A stretch of 64,000 nucleotides of DNA, taken from assembly GCA_002298925.1 (NCBI GenBank), contig DBMM01000028.1:3713-67712 (forward strand), written 5' to 3'. Source of the DNA: Geobacter sp. UBA698. Its GTDB lineage: Bacteria > Desulfobacterota > Desulfuromonadia > Geobacterales > Pseudopelobacteraceae. A model generated the notes under the pieces. It searched no databases and had not been told where the DNA came from. It saw only the letters and a program-made list of their open reading frames with translations. This document shows positions 43,961 to 53,840 of the stretch, piece after piece. How positions within the stretch are numbered: position 1 is the stretch's first letter; every line of letters starts with the position of its first letter. The position numbers were made by a program, and so were the translations under genes.

Positions 43961-44519
43961 AATCCAGAGACAACTCCAGGCCCACCAGCAGGTCATGACA
44001 CTGATCGAACGGGAACTATCGGTGCAGATCGCCGAGATGACAGCGCTGCTGACGGAAGCCTTCAGAAACGGCAAAAAACTGCTGGTGATGGGTAACGGCG
44101 GTTCCGCCGCCGATTCGCAGCATTTCGTGGCCGAAATCGTGGGGCGATTCAAGCTGGAACGCCCGGCCCTACCGGCGGTGGCGCTCTCCACCGACACCTC
44201 CATCCTGACCGCCATCGGCAACGATTACGGCTTCGATTCCATCTTCAGCCGCCAGGTCGAGGCACTGGCTACGGCCGGGGATGTGGTGGTCGGCATCTCC
44301 ACCAGCGGCAATTCCCCCAACGTAAAAAAAGCCCTGGAACTGGCCCGGCAGCGCGGCTGCCATACGGTCGGGCTGCTGGGCAAGGACGGCGGCAGCATCA
44401 AGCCGGTCTGCGACCTGGCTCTGGTCGTCCCCACCAACGACACGCCCCGCGTGCAGGAGGGGCATATCACCATCATCCATATCGTCTGCGACCTGGTTGA
44501 AAAAGGGTTATTCCAATGA
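43950..44519 (+). CDS. gmhA: D-sedoheptulose-7-phosphate isomerase
   Basis: SIS domain with [15 protein letters not shown] and [14 protein letters not shown] at 43950. The longer ORF from 43527 overlaps the GT2 gene and was rejected. Confidence 0.9.
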   Translation: MLNEIQRQLQAHQQVMTLIERELSVQIAEMTALLTEAFRNGKKLLVMGNGGSAADSQHFVAEIVGRFKLERPALPAVALSTDTSILTAIGNDYGFDSIFSRQVEALATAGDVVVGISTSGNSPNVKKALELARQRGCHTVGLLGKDGGSIKPVCDLALVVPTNDTPRVQEGHITIIHIVCDLVEKGLFQ

Positions 44520-45466
44520 AAATACAGCCCATCGATCTGGCCGGCGTCCACACCTTTCCGATTGCCGAGCGCAAAAACAAGGTCTCCCTGGAACGTGATT
44601 TTGCCGGTGAGATCACACCGGGCATGACCGTTTCCGCCCTGCTGGCAGCCCTGCCCAACCAGCTGGGGGGCGAAAGCCTGAATGCCGTCATCAGTGCCGT
44701 GGTCAAGGCCCGCGAAAAGGGCAAGCCGGTGGTGCTCGCCATTGGCGGCCATGTCATCAAATGCGGTCTGCAGCCGGTGCTGAAGAAACTGATTGAGGCC
44801 GATATCGTCACGGCGGTGGCCATGAACGGTTCCGCCAGTATCCACGACTACGAGATCTCCCTGATCGGCGCGACCAGTGAGGATGTGGGTGCCGTGCTGC
44901 ATTGCGGCACCTTCGGCATGGCCGAGGAGACCGGGCGTGACATCAACCGGGCTCTGAAGAGCGGCGCAACCGAGGGGATCGGTTACGGAGAAGCTCTGGG
45001 CAGATTCATCATTCAAAACAACAATCCCCAGGCCGCCTCCAGTCTCTTGGCAGTCTGTTTCGACAAAGGCATCCCGGCCACGGTCCACGTGGCTGTCGGC
45101 ACCGACATCATCCACCAGCACCCCGAATGCGACGGCGCCGTGCTAGGCCAGGCCACGTTCACGGATTTCCGCCTGTTCACCGCGGTGGTCGCCACCCTGG
45201 GCAACGGCGGCGTCTTCATCAACATCGGCAGCGCCGTGATCATGCCGGAAGTCTTCCTCAAGGCCCTGTCCATCGCCCAGAACATGGGTTTCCATGTGGA
45301 CGGCTTCACCACCGCCAATTTCGACATGACCCAGCATTACCGTCCCCTGCAGAATGTGGTCAAACGCCCTACGGCCGGCGACAGCCGCGGCCTGACCATC
45401 ACCGGACACCATGAAATCATGATCCCGCTGCTGGCAGCCGGGATTCTGGACAAGATCGGAGCCTAG
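44516..45466 (+). CDS. Conserved hypothetical protein embedded in the heptose operon
   Basis: 316 aa. Its start overlaps the gmhA stop (ATGA), and hldE starts 2 nt after its stop. No family assigned with confidence. Confidence 0.6.
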   Translation: MKIQPIDLAGVHTFPIAERKNKVSLERDFAGEITPGMTVSALLAALPNQLGGESLNAVISAVVKAREKGKPVVLAIGGHVIKCGLQPVLKKLIEADIVTAVAMNGSASIHDYEISLIGATSEDVGAVLHCGTFGMAEETGRDINRALKSGATEGIGYGEALGRFIIQNNNPQAASSLLAVCFDKGIPATVHVAVGTDIIHQHPECDGAVLGQATFTDFRLFTAVVATLGNGGVFINIGSAVIMPEVFLKALSIAQNMGFHVDGFTTANFDMTQHYRPLQNVVKRPTAGDSRGLTITGHHEIMIPLLAAGILDKIGA

Positions 45467-45467
45467 C

Positions 45468-46934
45468 ATGGATAGAAAAAGCGCTGAATCCCTCTTCAAC
45501 CGCATCGGCGAGATCCGCTGTCTGGTAATCGGCGACCTGATGCTGGACGAATACCTGTGGGGCAAGGCCGAACGCATCTCGCCCGAGGCGCCGGTGCAGG
45601 TGGTGGATGTACTGCGGGAGGAATTGCGCCTGGGGGGCGCCGGAAACGTGGTCAACAACCTGGTGGCGCTGGGGGCCCAGGTCTCGGTCTGCTCGGTGGT
45701 GGGGGAGGACGACAACGGCTGGTCACTGCTCAAGATCTTCAACCGCCAGAATGTGGCCACCGATGCCATCTTCCGCGACCCGGCCCGCCAGACCAGCCGC
45801 AAGACGCGGGTGGTGGCCGCCCATCAGCAGATCGTCAGGATCGACCGCGAATCACGGGATCCGCTCTATCCCGAAATCGAACAGTCGGTCTGCGCCTGGG
45901 TCAGCAGCCATGCCGGCCGTTTCGACGTGATCCTGCTGTCTGACTACCTCAAGGGGGTCTTGACGCCCACCGTGATCGCCACGGTGATCGCAGCGGCGGC
46001 CTCCGCCGGCATCCCGGTACTGGTTGACCCCAAGGGGAGCGACTACGGCCGCTACCAGGGCGCCACCCTGCTGACCCCCAACCGCAAGGAAGCCGAAACT
46101 GCCGCCGGCATCGCCATCCGCGACAACGCATCCCTCGAGCGCGCGGCCGGAGCGATCATGGCGGCAGCCGGCCTGCAGCACCTGCTGATCACCCGCAGCG
46201 AGGAAGGCATGTCGCTCTTTTCAAGCTCGGCCCCTGCCATTCACATCCCGACCGTGGCCCGGGAAGTGTTCGACGTTTCCGGTGCCGGGGACACGGTGCT
46301 GGCATCGCTGGCCATCGGCCTGGCCAGCGGACTGGGCATGGCCGAGGCCGCCGTTCTGGCCAACATCGCCGCCGGCATCGCCGTGGCCAAACTGGGCACC
46401 TCCACCGTCAGCCCCTCCGAGATCATCAACGCCGTGGCCATGACCCACAGTGACAGCGATTCCAAGATCAAGAACCGTGATGTGCTGTCGGCCGTGATCG
46501 CATCTGAAAGAGCCCGTGGCAAGCGGGTGGTCTTCACCAACGGCTGCTTCGACCTTTTACATGCCGGACATGTCAAATACCTGCAGAAAGCCCGCAGCAT
46601 GGGGGACCTGCTGATCCTTGGGCTGAACAGCGACGCTTCCGTGCGGCGCCTGAAAGGCGAAAACCGGCCCCTGATCAACGAGGACGAACGGGCCCACATC
46701 ATGGCAGCACTGGACTGCGTCGACTACGTGGTGATTTTCGACGAGGATACCCCGCTGGAACTGATCACAGCCATGAAACCGCATATCCTGGTCAAGGGGG
46801 GCGACTATACGCCGGACGGCATTGTCGGCAAGGATCTGGTCGAATCCTACGGCGGCCGGGTGGAGGTGGTCTCATTTGTGGACGGCAAATCCACCACCAA
46901 TATCATCGAGCGCATCCTGGAGCGCTACAGCTGA
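45468..46934 (+). CDS. hldE: Bifunctional D-beta-D-heptose 7-phosphate kinase / D-beta-D-heptose 1-phosphate adenylyltransferase
   Basis: 488 aa. N-terminal ribokinase-like domain (DVSGAGDTV) and C-terminal cytidylyltransferase domain ([16 protein letters not shown]). Confidence 0.9.
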   Translation: MDRKSAESLFNRIGEIRCLVIGDLMLDEYLWGKAERISPEAPVQVVDVLREELRLGGAGNVVNNLVALGAQVSVCSVVGEDDNGWSLLKIFNRQNVATDAIFRDPARQTSRKTRVVAAHQQIVRIDRESRDPLYPEIEQSVCAWVSSHAGRFDVILLSDYLKGVLTPTVIATVIAAAASAGIPVLVDPKGSDYGRYQGATLLTPNRKEAETAAGIAIRDNASLERAAGAIMAAAGLQHLLITRSEEGMSLFSSSAPAIHIPTVAREVFDVSGAGDTVLASLAIGLASGLGMAEAAVLANIAAGIAVAKLGTSTVSPSEIINAVAMTHSDSDSKIKNRDVLSAVIASERARGKRVVFTNGCFDLLHAGHVKYLQKARSMGDLLILGLNSDASVRRLKGENRPLINEDERAHIMAALDCVDYVVIFDEDTPLELITAMKPHILVKGGDYTPDGIVGKDLVESYGGRVEVVSFVDGKSTTNIIERILERYS

Positions 46935-47012
46935 TGCCGTTGCCCGCTAATTTTGGTGGTTTTTCATCGTAAAATCTGCTACAGCAGTTACATTTCTTGA
47001 ACTGGAGCGGTC

Positions 47013-47750
47013 ATGACGAGGGAAATCAACGACAGGGAATTGTGGATATTGGGTGTCAAGGCGGACAGCGGTCGGGATGAATTGATCCGTTCCTACCTGA
47101 GTGCCGGCGGCTATTCGAGCCGGGTCGAACAGTTTGAACAGCTTTCAGCCGGCCGCCCCCTGGGTATCGTGCTGGATATCTCTCCGTTTGCCGATGACGG
47201 CTGGGGCCAGCTGCTGAAGATCAAGGCCGATCCCGCCACCCGCAATATCCCGGTACTGCCGGTCTTTTTGAGCGCCACCGGCAAAGTGGGCGGCGTTTTT
47301 CCGGTGGGCGGCTTCTTCACCCTGCCGGTGGACGACCACTATCTGCTGGAGCGCCTGGCGGTCTACGGTCTGACCGAAGAGGCTGAAACCTGGGATCTGC
47401 AGGCCATGATCGTCTCACGCAGCGGCGAGGAACGGCTGGCCAAAGCAACCGAATCGGTCGGATTCGAGATTATCAAGGCCTATACCGGCAAGGAGGCCCT
47501 GGCGCTGACCTCCATCCATCCGGCCTACATGGCTTTTTCCAGCCTGATGCTGCCGGACATGTCCGCCTTGGAGCTGCTGGAAAAGATGCGGCTCTACCCC
47601 TACAGCCGGAACATCCCGATGTTCGTGCTTTTGAAAGAGGATATGAAAGAGGGAGAAAAGGCGGCCATGAGCAGGGAGGTGGCCCACCTGGTCAGCAAGA
47701 AACAGCTCTCCTGTACCGAGTTCCTCAGTTATCTGCGGCGCAGGGAATAG
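47013..47750 (+). CDS. Hypothetical protein with two degenerate receiver-like (pseudo-receiver) domains
   Basis: Two CheY-like halves (IVLDISPFADDGW..., SSLMLPDMSALELL...) lack the N-terminal acidic pair. RBS GGAG. Confidence 0.5.
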   Translation: MTREINDRELWILGVKADSGRDELIRSYLSAGGYSSRVEQFEQLSAGRPLGIVLDISPFADDGWGQLLKIKADPATRNIPVLPVFLSATGKVGGVFPVGGFFTLPVDDHYLLERLAVYGLTEEAETWDLQAMIVSRSGEERLAKATESVGFEIIKAYTGKEALALTSIHPAYMAFSSLMLPDMSALELLEKMRLYPYSRNIPMFVLLKEDMKEGEKAAMSREVAHLVSKKQLSCTEFLSYLRRRE

Positions 47751-47770
47751 TCAGACAACAACTACAAACG

Positions 47771-47820
47771 GAAACGGCCGTTCACCTTGACCAATCAAGG
47801 GAACGGCCGTTTTCAGTTTT
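47771..47820 (+). terminator. Rho-independent terminator
   Basis: GAAACGGCCGTTC and GAACGGCCGTTTC form a 13-bp perfect stem. An inner CCTTGA/TCAAGG pairing is possible. Followed by a T-rich tail. Confidence 0.7.
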
Positions 47821-47840
47821 GGTTGATCAGTTATGCCGAT

Positions 47841-47968
47841 TTCAAATCAAGGATGAAATCAAGGAGGATGAAATCAAGGCGGCGAAGATTTCGGCGATGG
47901 AGGCGTACAGGGTAGTACGTTGAGGAGCCTAAGATGAGCCAACGCAGATGGCGCCTTGATTTGGAATC
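47841..47968. repeat. Intergenic hairpin/iteron-like repeat, copy B (copy A at 18741-18825)
   Basis: Three direct AAATCAAGG units (47844, 47856, 47871) and one inverted CCTTGATTT (47954-47962). The 11-bp stem AAATCAAGGCG/CGCCTTGATTT encloses about 70 nt. Confidence 0.6.
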
Positions 47969-47972
47969 GGAG

Positions 47973-49037
47973 CTACAACAGTCCGGTCAGATCCTTCATT
48001 TCGATACTGGCCTTGCCGCGCAACTCCTTGGCCCACTGGCTGAAGCGCTCCTCCGACTTCTTGCGGTAGAGAGTCTCCTCGATTTCGCCCTTGACGCTCT
48101 CGAACGATTTCATCTTGCCACTGACCCGCTCTTCCAGCTTGATGATGTGGAACCCGGAGGGGGTGTAAACCAGTTCGCTGACCTCTCCCGGCTTGAGGGA
48201 CATGATGGCCTGCTCCAGTTCGGGCAGCATGTCCCCCTTCTTGAAGCGTCCCAGATCGCCGCCATCCTTGCGGGCCGCGGGATCCTCGGAATAGGTCTTG
48301 GCCAGTTCGGCAAAATCCTTGCCGCTCTTGGCCTCGGCCAGCACCATCAGCGCCGTGGTCATGCTGCGCTTGATATCGTCGGAGGGAGTCTTCTCGCTGG
48401 TCTTGAAAAATATGTGCCGGGCGCGGAACGTTTCATCCTCGGTATATTTCAGCCGGTTGGCCTCGAAATACTCGCGCATCTCGCTTTCGCCGACCTGGAT
48501 CTTCGAACGGACCTCCATGCTGACCAGCTTCAGCTTTTCAAGCTGTTCCTGCAGTTGGCTGCGGTACTGATCAAATGAGAGCCCCTGATTGGCAAGGGCC
48601 GCCACCAAGGCCTCCTGGGTCAGATTATTCTGCTTTTTTACATCGTCGATGGACTGGCGGATCTCTTCTTCACTGACCTTGATGTTCAGTTCCTTGATCT
48701 TCTGTTCCACCAGCTTTTTTTCCACCAGACTATCCAGCGCCAGGCGGCGGATCTTGCTGCGGGCAGCATCATCCAGAGCACCTTTTTTCTCGTTCTCACG
48801 GATAACGGGCTGGGCCTCGCGGTTTACTTCGAACAGCGTGATGATCTCGTCGTTTACCACGGCAGCCACGGTATTGATGACCGCGCCCGTGGCAACTATC
48901 CTGGCCAGAGCCTCTTTGGGCTGATCGGCCTTGACCGTTGCAACGGCCGGCTCACTCTTGGCTATCACTTGATTCTTCGCGCAGCCGCCGGCCAGAAGCA
49001 GGCAGACCGGCAGCAGGGCTGCAATCCGTAGGTTCAT
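47973..49037 (-). CDS. SurA-like periplasmic chaperone / PpiC-type peptidyl-prolyl isomerase (lipoprotein)
   Basis: ATG at 49037. Lipobox LLAGGC. PpiC domain FRARHIFF...GGDLGRFKKGDMLPELE...SGFHIIK. Confidence 0.75.
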   Translation of the reverse strand: MNLRIAALLPVCLLLAGGCAKNQVIAKSEPAVATVKADQPKEALARIVATGAVINTVAAVVNDEIITLFEVNREAQPVIRENEKKGALDDAARSKIRRLALDSLVEKKLVEQKIKELNIKVSEEEIRQSIDDVKKQNNLTQEALVAALANQGLSFDQYRSQLQEQLEKLKLVSMEVRSKIQVGESEMREYFEANRLKYTEDETFRARHIFFKTSEKTPSDDIKRSMTTALMVLAEAKSGKDFAELAKTYSEDPAARKDGGDLGRFKKGDMLPELEQAIMSLKPGEVSELVYTPSGFHIIKLEERVSGKMKSFESVKGEIEETLYRKKSEERFSQWAKELRGKASIEMKDLTGLL

Positions 49038-49143
49038 AGTCTTACTCGTTTCTTCCTGGGTTAAAATACGCAAAGGGTGGGCTTAAAGCCCACCCTTTCG
49101 GGCAGTCAAGCATATCCGTTATGCGGGGCGACTCCCCCCACAG

Positions 49144-50079
49144 TTATTTCTTCTCGGCAGCCGGCTTGGCCGTTTCAGCAGGTTTGCCTTCTTCTTTCTT
49201 GGTGCCCATGGCATTCAGGACATCTTCCTTGACGGTGATCTTGGCGGTCTTTTTAAGCTCTTCCTTGATCTTCTGGAAGACCTCCTGTTGCTTGGTCGGC
49301 ATGATGGCGGCCTTGATCTGCTCCTTGACCTCTTCGAAAGGACGCGTACCGGCCGGACGCTTGCCGGTCAGCTTGATGATGTGAAAGCCGAAGTCGGACT
49401 TGACCACATCGGAGACCTGGCCCTCTTTCAGAGCCAGAGCTGCTTTTTCAAAAGCCGGCACCATGCTTCCCTTGCCGAACCAGCCCAGGTCGCCCCCCTT
49501 GGCGGAGGAGGAGTCGACCGAGTGTTTCTTGGCCAGTTCCTCAAAATTGCCGCCCCCCTTGATCTGGGCCAGAATATCCTTGGCCTCCTTCTCGGTCTTC
49601 ACCAGGATGTGGCTGGCCTTGACCTGCTCACCGGCCTTAAATTTGTCGATATTCTGGTCGTAGAATTTCTTCAGATCGGCATCGGAAACCTGTGACTCGC
49701 TCTCAACCTTTTTCTTGAGAAAGGACTCCACGATCAGACGCTTTTTCAGATCCTGAAGTTTCTCCTCGATTTCCGGCCCCTTGTCCACGCCGTCTTTGGA
49801 TGCCTGCTGCAGGATCAGCTCACGGATCACCATGGTGTCCAGCATTTCCTTACGCCCCTGGGGGGTGTCGGCCATGGACTTGAGGTACTCCGGCAGGTTT
49901 TTAAGTTCGCGATTGAAATCGCCGGTTGTGATGGAACCACTGTTGACCTCGGCCAGCACCTGCCCCCCTCCCTTTGATTCCGTCTTGGAACCGGAGGAAG
50001 GTGTGCCGCCCTGACAGCCAAAGAGTGCAGCCGCGCACAAGACCACGGCGATACATTTTGCATTTGATGTGACTTTCAC
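49144..50079 (-). CDS. PpiC/PrsA-type peptidyl-prolyl cis-trans isomerase (lipoprotein)
   Basis: GTG start preceded by AAGGAG. Lipobox ALFGC. PpiC domain VKASHILV...GGDLGWFGKGSMVPAFE...FGFHIIK. Confidence 0.75.
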   Translation of the reverse strand: MKVTSNAKCIAVVLCAAALFGCQGGTPSSGSKTESKGGGQVLAEVNSGSITTGDFNRELKNLPEYLKSMADTPQGRKEMLDTMVIRELILQQASKDGVDKGPEIEEKLQDLKKRLIVESFLKKKVESESQVSDADLKKFYDQNIDKFKAGEQVKASHILVKTEKEAKDILAQIKGGGNFEELAKKHSVDSSSAKGGDLGWFGKGSMVPAFEKAALALKEGQVSDVVKSDFGFHIIKLTGKRPAGTRPFEEVKEQIKAAIMPTKQQEVFQKIKEELKKTAKITVKEDVLNAMGTKKEEGKPAETAKPAAEKK

Positions 50080-50184
50080 GAAATCTCCTTTTGTGATGCT
50101 TGGTTAAATTGCCAAAATCTTTAAAAAACTATCATAACGACACACCCATTTCAAGTGCTTTCTGGCCCCGGGCCTGGTCGGCAA

Positions 50185-51525
50185 CTACCGGCTGAATCCG
50201 GCCTGCTTGACCGCTTTTCGCCCCTGCCGCAACGGGGATTCTCCGAAAACCGTGCGCGGCAACCCCAACTGGTCAAGTTCTCCTTCCCCAAAGAGCCGAA
50301 TCACACCGAACTGGCCATCATAGCCTGACTGTCGCAAGACTCGACCGGCACGCATGCGTGCCACGGCCTCACCCAGCACAGGCGACCAGCTGACGATCTC
50401 TTCCAGGGGAACGTGCAACAGCAGGTTGAATTCCGAACCGAAACGCCCGATGACCCGAGCGTACTGGCCCAGAACCTCCTTTGAGGAAGGCCCGACACCG
50501 GCAATATCACTGATCACTTCCGGCAGCGGCAGCAGGCTGAAAACCTGCGGCGCCTGCGGCCCGTACAACGGTTGCCGGCGATCGGCCAATTCCATGACGC
50601 GGTGCTGCACACCCACGGTCAGCGCCTTGCCGCACAGCGGACAGAGCGCCCCCAGGCGCCTCGTTTCCTCGGGGTCGAGACAGAGCTGGCAGGCGCGGTG
50701 TCCGTCCAAGTGGTATTTGCCCTCCTCCGGGAAAAATTCCACCGTTCCGCGGAAGGTCTCCAGGTGATTGCCGCGAATGGCATCCCGCAGCGAAAAAAAA
50801 TCCAGTTCGGCGGAGAACAGATTGGCTTCCCGCCCCAGCTTGGAAGGTGAATGGCAGTCGGAATTGGAGATCAGGCTGAAGCGGTCCAGGGCCGAAATCA
50901 GGCGGTTCATGTCCGGGTCCGACGAGAGGCCGGTCTCCAAGGCGAAAACCTGGTCGGTCAGGTCGCCGAAACACTCCTCGATATGATTGAAGCCGGAACG
51001 GGAGCCGAACAGCGAAAACCAGGGGGTCCAGATGTGGGCCGGCACCAGGTAACCGCCCGGCGCCAACTCCAGCACCAGCTCCAGCAGATCCCGGCTGTCC
51101 AGCCCCAGGATGGGACGGCCGTCGGAAACGATATTGCCGATACCGGCCAGCCTGGTATTGATCCGCTCGGCACTGGCGAAGTCCGGAACATAGAGCAGAT
51201 TGTGGACCTTGCGCAGGGCGCCGTGGCGCTTGTAGATGCAGCTGATCTCGGCCGAGAGCATGAAACGGACCGGGCCGGGAGCCGCTGTCACGCCCGGCAG
51301 CACCGCTGGTATGCCAGCCTCGTCTTTGAGACGGAACAGCCCAGCTTCAGCCGGCAGCAGCTGCTCCCGCAGCTGTCGCAACCAGAGCGGGTGGGTAAAA
51401 TCACCGCTGGCCAGCACCTGAATGCCCTTGACCCGCGCCCAGGCGACCAGGCCGGCCAGGGTACTTTCCCGGCTGGTGGCACGGGAATAGGGCGAGTGGA
51501 TATGCAGATCGGCAATGTAGTCCAT
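50185..51525 (-). CDS. PHP-domain protein of the endonuclease Q (TIGR00375) family
   Basis: MDYIADLHIHSPYSRATS...GDFTHPLW at the N-terminus and a Cys cluster CQLC..CPLCG (zinc-finger-like). Confidence 0.6.
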   Translation of the reverse strand: MDYIADLHIHSPYSRATSRESTLAGLVAWARVKGIQVLASGDFTHPLWLRQLREQLLPAEAGLFRLKDEAGIPAVLPGVTAAPGPVRFMLSAEISCIYKRHGALRKVHNLLYVPDFASAERINTRLAGIGNIVSDGRPILGLDSRDLLELVLELAPGGYLVPAHIWTPWFSLFGSRSGFNHIEECFGDLTDQVFALETGLSSDPDMNRLISALDRFSLISNSDCHSPSKLGREANLFSAELDFFSLRDAIRGNHLETFRGTVEFFPEEGKYHLDGHRACQLCLDPEETRRLGALCPLCGKALTVGVQHRVMELADRRQPLYGPQAPQVFSLLPLPEVISDIAGVGPSSKEVLGQYARVIGRFGSEFNLLLHVPLEEIVSWSPVLGEAVARMRAGRVLRQSGYDGQFGVIRLFGEGELDQLGLPRTVFGESPLRQGRKAVKQAGFSR

Positions 51526-51615
51526 GGGTGACGCTATCCTAACAGAATAAGCAACTGCGGTGAAGCCTAATCCGTTGACAAACTGAGGGGATAGACCGTA
51601 AACTCTTAAACTCCT

Positions 51616-52098
51616 ATGATCAGTAAAGAGAAACTAAAACAAAAATTCAAAACCATCATGTCCCTGGACAGCCATCCGGGGCATATCGCGGCCGGCTTTG
51701 CCGTGGGCACCTTCATCAGTTTCACCCCCTTTTTCGGCCTGCATACCCCCCTGGCAATTGCCGCGGCATTCATCTTCCGACTCAACAAGGTCACCTGCAT
51801 CACCGGAGCCTGGATCAACACCCCTTTTACGGTGGTTCCAGCCCTGGTGGCCAGCTACAATATCGGCCGTTTTTTGCGAGGTAAACCGACCAGGGATCTG
51901 GTATTAAAGAATCTGGATTGGCATTCTCTCCAGCCCTATGCCAAATCACTTCTGCTGGGGAGCTCGATTGTCGGATTCGTGGCTGCCGTGGCTGCCTATT
52001 TCATCTGCTACTGGCTGGTGGTGGCCTTCAGGCGCAAGGATGTTGCCTTGAAGGAGATCACGCGGGAGATGGAAGAGGTCGGGGAAGAGCTGGATTAA
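51616..52098 (+). CDS. DUF2062-family membrane protein
   Basis: HIAAGFAVGTFISFTPFFGLHTPLAIAAAFIFRLNKVTCITGAWINTPFT is typical of DUF2062. Confidence 0.7.
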   Translation: MISKEKLKQKFKTIMSLDSHPGHIAAGFAVGTFISFTPFFGLHTPLAIAAAFIFRLNKVTCITGAWINTPFTVVPALVASYNIGRFLRGKPTRDLVLKNLDWHSLQPYAKSLLLGSSIVGFVAAVAAYFICYWLVVAFRRKDVALKEITREMEEVGEELD

Positions 52099-52115
52099 AA
52101 CAAGACAGGATACAC

Positions 52116-52153
52116 AAAAAGAAGGGCGGGTTGCGCAACCCGCCCTTCTTTTT
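52116..52153. terminator. Bidirectional rho-independent terminator
   Basis: GAAGGGCGGGTT, GCGC loop, AACCCGCCCTTC, flanked by an A-run and a T-run. Lies between convergent genes. Confidence 0.78.
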
Positions 52154-52156
52154 GTG

Positions 52157-53158
52157 TTATTTACCCAGAAGCGGGCTCAAGACCTGATAGGTCAGATAGG
52201 CCATCAGGGCCGATGCGGGGATGGTCAGAATCCAGGCCACCAGGATACGCTTGGCCACGTTCCAGTTGACGGCGTTCAAACGCTTGGAAAGGCCGACTCC
52301 CAGGATGGCGGAGGTGATGACATGGGTGGTGCTGGTGGGCATGCCCATGGCCGAAGCCCCCAGAATGACGCCGGCCGAGGCGGTTTCCACGCAAAAACCG
52401 TGTACCGGCTGCAGCTTGACAAAATCACTGCCGACAGTCTTGATGATCCGCCAGCCCCCGGCGGCAGTACCCAGCGCCATGGCCGTGGCGCAGGCCACCA
52501 TTACCTCCCAGGGCACGACAAATGTTTTCAGGAATCCGTAACTGACCAGGGCCAGGGTGATGACACCCATGGATTTCTGGGCATCGGCGGTTCCGTGGGA
52601 AAAAGCCATGAAAGCCGCCGAAACAACCTGCAGTCGCCGGAAATTCTTGTTAAGGGGGCCCGGTGACTTATTGCCGAAAACCCGGTAGATGATCATCATG
52701 AAGATGAAGCCGATCAGTGTTCCCAGCAACGGAGAGATCAGCAGGGCCAGAATGATTTTTTTGAGTCCGGCCCACTTCAGGGCACTCAGACCGGCATGGG
52801 CAAAGACCGACCCCATGATGCCGCCGATGATGGCGTGGGAGGAGGAAGACGGCAGGCCGTAATACCAGGTCACCAGGTCCCAGATAATTGCGCCGCTGAC
52901 GCCGGCCAATACCACCATCTGGGTGATATTGGAGCTGTCCACGATCCCCTTGCCGATTGTGCCGGCCACTTTGGTCGATATCATGGCGCCGGCAAAATTG
53001 AGCCCGGCCGCCATGATGATGGCGCCCCTGACGGAGATTGCCCGGGTTGAAACGCAGGTGGCGATGGCGTTGGCCGTGTCGTGGAAACCGTTGATATAGT
53101 CGAAGAGAAGCGCCGCCAGGATGACCAGGCAGAGCATCACAAGGGCCGGATCAAGCAT
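52157..53158 (-). CDS. Inorganic phosphate transporter, PiT family
   Basis: 333 aa with GFHDTANAIAT and SHGTADAQK, the duplicated PiT signature motifs. Confidence 0.9.
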   Translation of the reverse strand: MLDPALVMLCLVILAALLFDYINGFHDTANAIATCVSTRAISVRGAIIMAAGLNFAGAMISTKVAGTIGKGIVDSSNITQMVVLAGVSGAIIWDLVTWYYGLPSSSSHAIIGGIMGSVFAHAGLSALKWAGLKKIILALLISPLLGTLIGFIFMMIIYRVFGNKSPGPLNKNFRRLQVVSAAFMAFSHGTADAQKSMGVITLALVSYGFLKTFVVPWEVMVACATAMALGTAAGGWRIIKTVGSDFVKLQPVHGFCVETASAGVILGASAMGMPTSTTHVITSAILGVGLSKRLNAVNWNVAKRILVAWILTIPASALMAYLTYQVLSPLLGK

Positions 53159-53771
53159 TTTTCACCACCACGCTTTCAAGAATATTGGCCGCGTCTTCGC
53201 ACTTGTCGGTGGCCCTTTCCAGCGTCTCATAGATCTCTTTCCACTTGATCAGCTGGATCGGATCCTTTTCCTCATCAAAAAGACGGCTGATGGCCTCGCG
53301 GGACACGCGGTCCGCTTCGTTTTCCAGGGCATTGATCTCGACGCAGGCCGCGAAGATCTGGTCGTTGGTCTTTTTGCCCAGCATGGCCACCGCCTTATCG
53401 ACCGCATAGCAGGACTGCAGAATGATGAAGCCCAGTGACTTGGCTTCGGGCGGAATGGACTCCACGTTGTACATGATGACCCGTGCGGCACAGGCGTCGA
53501 TCAGATCAAGGATATCGTCCAGCTTGGAGGCCAGGGCATAGATGTCTTCCCGGTCCAGCGGCGTGACAAAAGTCTTGTTAAGTTTCTGGATGATTTCGTG
53601 GGTAATGGAATCCCCCTTGTGCTCCACATCCTTGATCTTGCGCTGGCTTTCAGCCGGATCAGCAAAGTCGTCAAGCATTGCCTTGAGCAGCTTGGCCCCT
53701 TCAATAATGTTGCTGGTCATATCCTTGAACAGCAGAAAGAATTTTTCTTCTTTGGGCATAAGTCCAAACAT
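53151..53771 (-). CDS. DUF47 (PhoU-like) phosphate-transport accessory protein
   Basis: ATG at 53771 preceded by GGAGG. FFLLFKDMTSNIIEGAKLL...EHKGDSITHEI is typical of DUF47. Overlaps the PiT start by 8 nt. Confidence 0.8.
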   Translation of the reverse strand: MFGLMPKEEKFFLLFKDMTSNIIEGAKLLKAMLDDFADPAESQRKIKDVEHKGDSITHEIIQKLNKTFVTPLDREDIYALASKLDDILDLIDACAARVIMYNVESIPPEAKSLGFIILQSCYAVDKAVAMLGKKTNDQIFAACVEINALENEADRVSREAISRLFDEEKDPIQLIKWKEIYETLERATDKCEDAANILESVVVKNA

Positions 53772-53840
53772 GCGGTCCTCCGAGTGATGCAATTTATGAT
53801 ATTGGAATAAACTGCACATTAATAACATACTTTTCAAAGC

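Noticed and set aside
47853-47915. Arg-rich mini-ORF (MKSRRMKSRRRRFRRWRRTG) inside repeat copy B, and a 39-codon ORF starting in copy A.
   Set aside because: The two frames are not conserved between the copies, and the composition follows from the AAATCAAGG repeats. There is no convincing independent RBS. They are treated as non-coding repeats.
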